Shown piece after piece: positions 7,402 through 11,113 of a DNA stretch of 11,113 nucleotides. The notes beneath the pieces are model-generated. The model worked only from the letters and a program-made list of their open reading frames with translations, was not told where the DNA came from and searched no databases. The stretch covers positions 1 through 11,113 of the forward strand of contig JAYUUO010000173.1 of assembly GCA_043754515.1 (NCBI GenBank), given 5' to 3'. Position numbers and translations under genes: made by a program. Position 1 is the stretch's first letter. Each line of letters begins with the position of its first letter. The stretch is from Armatimonadota bacterium. Lineage in GTDB: Bacteria; Armatimonadota; Armatimonadia; Armatimonadales; Armatimonadaceae.

Positions 7402-7833
7402 GTGGCCGCAACATTCCCCTTATCCATCGTGACCCCGGAGCGCACCGTCGTCTCCGAGACTGTCGCCTCCGTGCAGATACCCGCCTCGACCGGCTCGATG
7501 GGTATTCTCGCGGGGCACGCGCCCCTGCTCGCCGAACTGGGGGTTGGCGAGTGCGTCGTGCGGCTCCCGAACGGCGCGGAGGAGACCTATGCCATCGCGG
7601 GCGGCACCGTGGAAGTGTCGCGCGAACAGGTGACGGTGCTGGCGGACACGGCGGAACGCGCGGCGGATATTGACCTCAACAGCGCGGAGGAGTCCCTCGC
7701 ATCCGCCCGACAACTGTTATCGGGACTGGAATCGAACCCGGACGCGGCGAAGGCGAGCCGCGATGAACTGAACGAGACCATCCGGCGGGCGCAGTCGCGC
7801 ATCCGAATCGCGGGCGGCGCGGGCCGGAACTAG
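7402..7833 (+). CDS. atpC: F0F1 ATP synthase subunit epsilon, 143 aa
   Basis: LSIVTPER, GSMGILAGHAPLL, AIAGGTVEV, VTVLADTAERAADID and a C-terminal helical hairpin. GTG start with AGGA upstream. Confidence 0.95.
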   Translation: MAATFPLSIVTPERTVVSETVASVQIPASTGSMGILAGHAPLLAELGVGECVVRLPNGAEETYAIAGGTVEVSREQVTVLADTAERAADIDLNSAEESLASARQLLSGLESNPDAAKASRDELNETIRRAQSRIRIAGGAGRN

Positions 7834-7904
7834 CCTCTTGTCTCCCGGCGATGGGGGCGGAAGCGGCAGCGCGGGAAGCACGGGCGCGGAAAAGGATGCA
7901 CCAT

Positions 7905-9221
7905 ATGAACGGCGGCAAAATCTGGCGGTTCGTTTTCACGATTCTGATGACCGCGATCCTGGTCATTTTAGGCTGGTACGCCGCCGATGCAGCACTCGGT
8001 CTCATCGCGGGTGACCACGAAATCTCGCCCACGTTCGCCGCCGAGTGGTCGAAGTGGGTGTATCGCGGCACGTACCTGATCGCCGCTGTGTTCTTCGGAA
8101 TCGCGTTCGGTCGGTTCGTTTTCCGCAAGATCGAGGAGATCGGCAACCGGGTCGAGCAGATGTCGCCGCGAGACAAAGTCGCGCTCGCCGGGGGGCTAGC
8201 GGTCGGCATCCTGCTCTCATCCATCGTCTCGCTCCCGATCATCTTCACCGTTTCGACCCGCAGTATGCCACTCGCCATCGTGCTGTCGCTGCTCGCCGGC
8301 GTGATTATCACCTATCTTTCCGTCGCGGCGGGCTGGTCACTCAAGGAAGAGATCCGGTTCTACATCCCGCCCAAAGAGCGGGCCGAGGACGCGCCGCCCG
8401 CCGTGCCGGACGAGCGGTTCAAACTGCTCGACACGAACGTGATTATTGACGGGCGGGTCGCCGATGTCGCCCGCTCCGGCTTCATTGAGGGGCATCTGTA
8501 TGTACCAGGCTTCGTGCTGGACGAACTGCAACACATCGCGGACTCGGGAGACGCGCTGAAGCGGGCGCGCGGGCGGCGCGGTCTCGATACGCTCCGGCAG
8601 ATGCAACTCGACCTGAAACTGACCGTGCGCGAGTTCGACCACCTGGCACCGGGCAAAGAGGCGGTTGACTCGCGCCTCGTGCGGCTCGCCAAAGCCATGA
8701 ACGGCTCCATCGTCACGAACGACTTTAACTTAAACCAGGTCGCCTCGCTCGAAGGCGTCCGCGTTCTGAATATAAACGAACTGGCCAACTGCATCAAGGC
8801 CGTGGTCCTGCCCGGCGAGGAGATGAACGTCACCATCGTGAAGCTCGGCAAGTCGGCGGGCCAGGGCGTAGGCTACCTAGATGACGGCACGATGATCGTA
8901 GTCGAGAACGCGCGGCGGCGCATGGGCGAGACGCTCGCAGTGATGGTGCAGTCCGTAACGCAGACGCAACAGGGCCGGATGATCTTCGCGAACATCGCGG
9001 AAGACGAGCCGACTGGCGACGTCGGCGACGCGGCGGGCGGTAGCGGCGACGCGAACGCTATGAACAGCGGCGGTATTCCCAACGGCAACGGCGACGGGGC
9101 GCGTGCCACTCCCCCCGGTGTGAACGGGGCGTATCAGAACGGTAATACGAATGGCGGAAGAAATAACGAAACTGGTGTACGCGCTTATCCCAGCGGCAGG
9201 GCGCGGCGTCCGATTCAGTAG
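7905..9221 (+). CDS. yacL: Membrane-anchored PIN/TRAM domain protein (YacL-like), about 438 aa
   Basis: Four N-terminal hydrophobic segments; PIN motifs LLDTNVIIDGR, VLDELQHIAD, RGRRGLD, TNDFNLN; TRAM motif GQGVGYLDDGTMIVVE...GRMIFA. SD AAAGGA at 7891-7896 favours ATG 7905 over 7851. It lies directly upstream of ispD/F, as in Bacillus subtilis. Confidence 0.92.
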   Translation: MNGGKIWRFVFTILMTAILVILGWYAADAALGLIAGDHEISPTFAAEWSKWVYRGTYLIAAVFFGIAFGRFVFRKIEEIGNRVEQMSPRDKVALAGGLAVGILLSSIVSLPIIFTVSTRSMPLAIVLSLLAGVIITYLSVAAGWSLKEEIRFYIPPKERAEDAPPAVPDERFKLLDTNVIIDGRVADVARSGFIEGHLYVPGFVLDELQHIADSGDALKRARGRRGLDTLRQMQLDLKLTVREFDHLAPGKEAVDSRLVRLAKAMNGSIVTNDFNLNQVASLEGVRVLNINELANCIKAVVLPGEEMNVTIVKLGKSAGQGVGYLDDGTMIVVENARRRMGETLAVMVQSVTQTQQGRMIFANIAEDEPTGDVGDAAGGSGDANAMNSGGIPNGNGDGARATPPGVNGAYQNGNTNGGRNNETGVRAYPSGRARRPIQ

Positions 9222-10476
9222 AATCGGCGCGAACGGCGAGCGCGAGAACAAGGTATTCGCCCCGCTCCTCGATCGCCCGCTCCTCGGCTGGACGCTACAA
9301 GCGTTCGCCGACTGCGTCGCGGTGGACCGGATTATCCTGATCGGAAGCGAGGCCGATCTACCCCGGTTGCGCGAGATCGGCGAGAGGTACGGCGGCGGGA
9401 AACTTGCGAGCGTGGTGCTGGGGGGCGAGACGCGGCAGGAGTCGGTGCGGCTGGGGCTGGAGGCGATACAGGCCGAGACGGCGAAGTCTGTCTACAACCA
9501 CGCGAGCCTGGTCGTGGTTCATGACGCCGCACGTTGTTGCGTCACGCCGAAACTCATTACGCAGAACTTCCTGAAACTAGGCGAAGCGGGGAAATCTCAT
9601 AGGGGGCCGATGGCGGCGGCGGTGACGGCGGCGGTGCCTGTTTCCGACACCGTGGTTCGTAGTCAGGTCGGGGGAACGTATGACGAGGTCGTTCCGCGCG
9701 AGCCGCTTTACCTGATCCAAACGCCGCAGGTATTCGACTACTCCACCCTCCAACACACGCACGACATGGCCGCAGAATCGGGAGCCAGGGCGACCGACGA
9801 TGCCGGGTTAGTAGCGGACTACCTTCGGGCGTTTGAGACGGATCCACTGGCTGGCGTCAAGGTGCATCTGGGGCCGGGTTCGCCGGAGAATATCAAGGTG
9901 ACACGCCCGGAGGACCTGGCTCTTGCGGCGGCGATCCTTTCACGGCGAGTTGAAGCGGCGTCTGGTGTGTTGATGATGCCGCTCGCGTCGTCGTACCCCA
10001 TCCGCGTCGGCCACGGCTACGACGTCCACCCGTTCGCCGAAGGCCGCCCGCTCTGGCTCGGCGGCGTCCACTTCCCCGAGTCGCCGGTCGGTCTCCTCGG
10101 GCACTCGGACGCCGACGCGTTGTTGCACGCGGTCTGCGACGCGTTGCTCGGCGCGGCGGGGATCGGAGGCGACATCGGCGCGCTGTTCCCGCCGTCCGAC
10201 GCGCGGCACAAGGACCGCCCGTCCATCGAGTTTCTGGCCGAAGTGATGTCACGCATCCGGGACGCCGGGTGGCGCGTGGGGAACGTAGACGTTTCCGTGC
10301 TCGCCGAGTTCCCGAAGATCGGGCCGCGAGCGGGTGACATACGGCGGGTAATCGCCGTATGTCTTAGAATAAGCGCGGACGCAGTGAGCGTCAAGGCAAC
10401 CACCAACGAGAAAATGGGGTTCGTCGGGCGTGGCGAAGGCATCGCGGTTCACGCGACCGTGCTAATCCATCGGTAG
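9151..10476 (+). CDS. ispDF: Bifunctional 2-C-methyl-D-erythritol 4-phosphate cytidylyltransferase / MECDP synthase, 441 aa
   Basis: IspD motifs IPAAGRGVRF, GGETRQESV, VHDAAR, IQTPQVF, TDDAGL, NIKVTRPEDL; IspF motifs RVGHGYDVH, GHSDADALLHAVCDALLGAA, DIG..FP, KATTNEKMGFVGRGEGIA. One uninterrupted frame. Confidence 0.95.
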   Translation: MAEEITKLVYALIPAAGRGVRFSRIGANGERENKVFAPLLDRPLLGWTLQAFADCVAVDRIILIGSEADLPRLREIGERYGGGKLASVVLGGETRQESVRLGLEAIQAETAKSVYNHASLVVVHDAARCCVTPKLITQNFLKLGEAGKSHRGPMAAAVTAAVPVSDTVVRSQVGGTYDEVVPREPLYLIQTPQVFDYSTLQHTHDMAAESGARATDDAGLVADYLRAFETDPLAGVKVHLGPGSPENIKVTRPEDLALAAAILSRRVEAASGVLMMPLASSYPIRVGHGYDVHPFAEGRPLWLGGVHFPESPVGLLGHSDADALLHAVCDALLGAAGIGGDIGALFPPSDARHKDRPSIEFLAEVMSRIRDAGWRVGNVDVSVLAEFPKIGPRAGDIRRVIAVCLRISADAVSVKATTNEKMGFVGRGEGIAVHATVLIHR

Positions 10477-10489
10477 GGGGATAAAGCCT

Positions 10490-11059
10490 ATGCAAGTTCA
10501 GGTTCGTGGCAAGGGAATGGTTGTAACGGACGCACTACGAGAGTACGCCAACAAACGACTGCTTAAACTGGAGAAGCACTTCCAGAGTCTTCACTCGGCG
10601 ACCGTGACGGAAACTGTCCAGGGGCGTCAGCACCGGGTCGAAGTGTTGCTCGACGGGGACGGCGTGAAGGTGCGCTGCGAGGAGCGCGGGGACGATCTGT
10701 ACGCCGCCGTAGACCGCGTCGCCGACAAGCTAGAGCGGCAGATGCGCAAGTTCAAGGACAAGGCTGGCGAGAACTGCCATGTGGGAAAGAACGCCCACCA
10801 CCACTATGGCAAGCACGGCGAGGTCGCGTCGCTCCGCGACATCCCGCTCGCGGATGAGATCGCGGACGAGCCGGTGACGGGGCGGATCGTGCGGCACAAG
10901 CGGTTCGAGATCAAGCCGATCTCGCCCCCCGAGGCCGTTGATCAGATGGAACTGCTGTCGCACAACTTTTTCGTGTTCGAGAACTCGGACACGGGCGAGG
11001 TGAACGTGCTGTACCGCCGCGAAGACGGCAATTATGGGATTCTGGAGCCGGGGGGCTAA
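10490..11059 (+). CDS. hpf: Long ribosome hibernation promoting factor (RaiA/S30AE plus C-terminal dimerisation domain), 189 aa
   Basis: VTDALREYANKRLLKLEKHF, DLYAAVDRVADKLERQMRKFK; C-terminal domain IVRHKRF..KPISPPEAVDQMELLSHNFFVF..VNVLYRREDGNYGILEP. Confidence 0.95.
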   Translation: MQVQVRGKGMVVTDALREYANKRLLKLEKHFQSLHSATVTETVQGRQHRVEVLLDGDGVKVRCEERGDDLYAAVDRVADKLERQMRKFKDKAGENCHVGKNAHHHYGKHGEVASLRDIPLADEIADEPVTGRIVRHKRFEIKPISPPEAVDQMELLSHNFFVFENSDTGEVNVLYRREDGNYGILEPGG

Positions 11060-11090
11060 GTACCTCACTCCACCCACCCGGGGCGGTTGC

Positions 11091-11113
11091 GTCACTGGCA
11101 CGTTGCCAGTGAC
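11091..11113. terminator. Perfect 10-bp hairpin downstream of hpf (terminator or REP-type palindrome)
   Basis: GTCACTGGCA-CGT-TGCCAGTGAC. It runs to the window edge, so any U-tract cannot be seen. Confidence 0.5.

Noticed and set aside
1826..10476. Genome-wide TAG reassignment (alternative genetic code)
   Set aside because: The PhyH, TM2-like, atpC, yacL and ispDF genes all end in TAG after their domains are complete; readthrough of yacL and ispDF would run into the next gene.
7420..11101. Numerous minus-strand ORFs over atpC-hpf
   Set aside because: Shadow frames of GC-rich conserved genes with no recognisable motifs.

Overview
GC-rich bacterial chromosomal window, probably Armatimonadota-like; this is inferred from the two prepilin/DUF1559/H-X9-DG-type genes and is not proven. 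The left two-thirds is accessory and partly decaying. It holds a PhyH-family Fe(II)/2OG enzyme with an atypical HxG metal motif (404-1228) and two broken prepilin-like genes (1290-1987 minus, about 6511-7198 plus). It also holds a beta-propeller-like gene interrupted by an in-frame TAG (2205-3536) and an intact, translationally coupled pair: an M48 protease with a zinc ribbon and a two-zinc-ribbon/TM2-like membrane protein (3704-5865). A 452-bp internally deleted ISAs1-family remnant with 15/16 terminal inverted repeats lies at 5951-6402 and is not evident from the ORF track. The right third is a housekeeping cluster: an orphan atpC, a yacL-like PIN/TRAM gene, fused ispDF, and a long hpf with a His-rich linker. 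No rRNA, tRNA or CRISPR array was seen.
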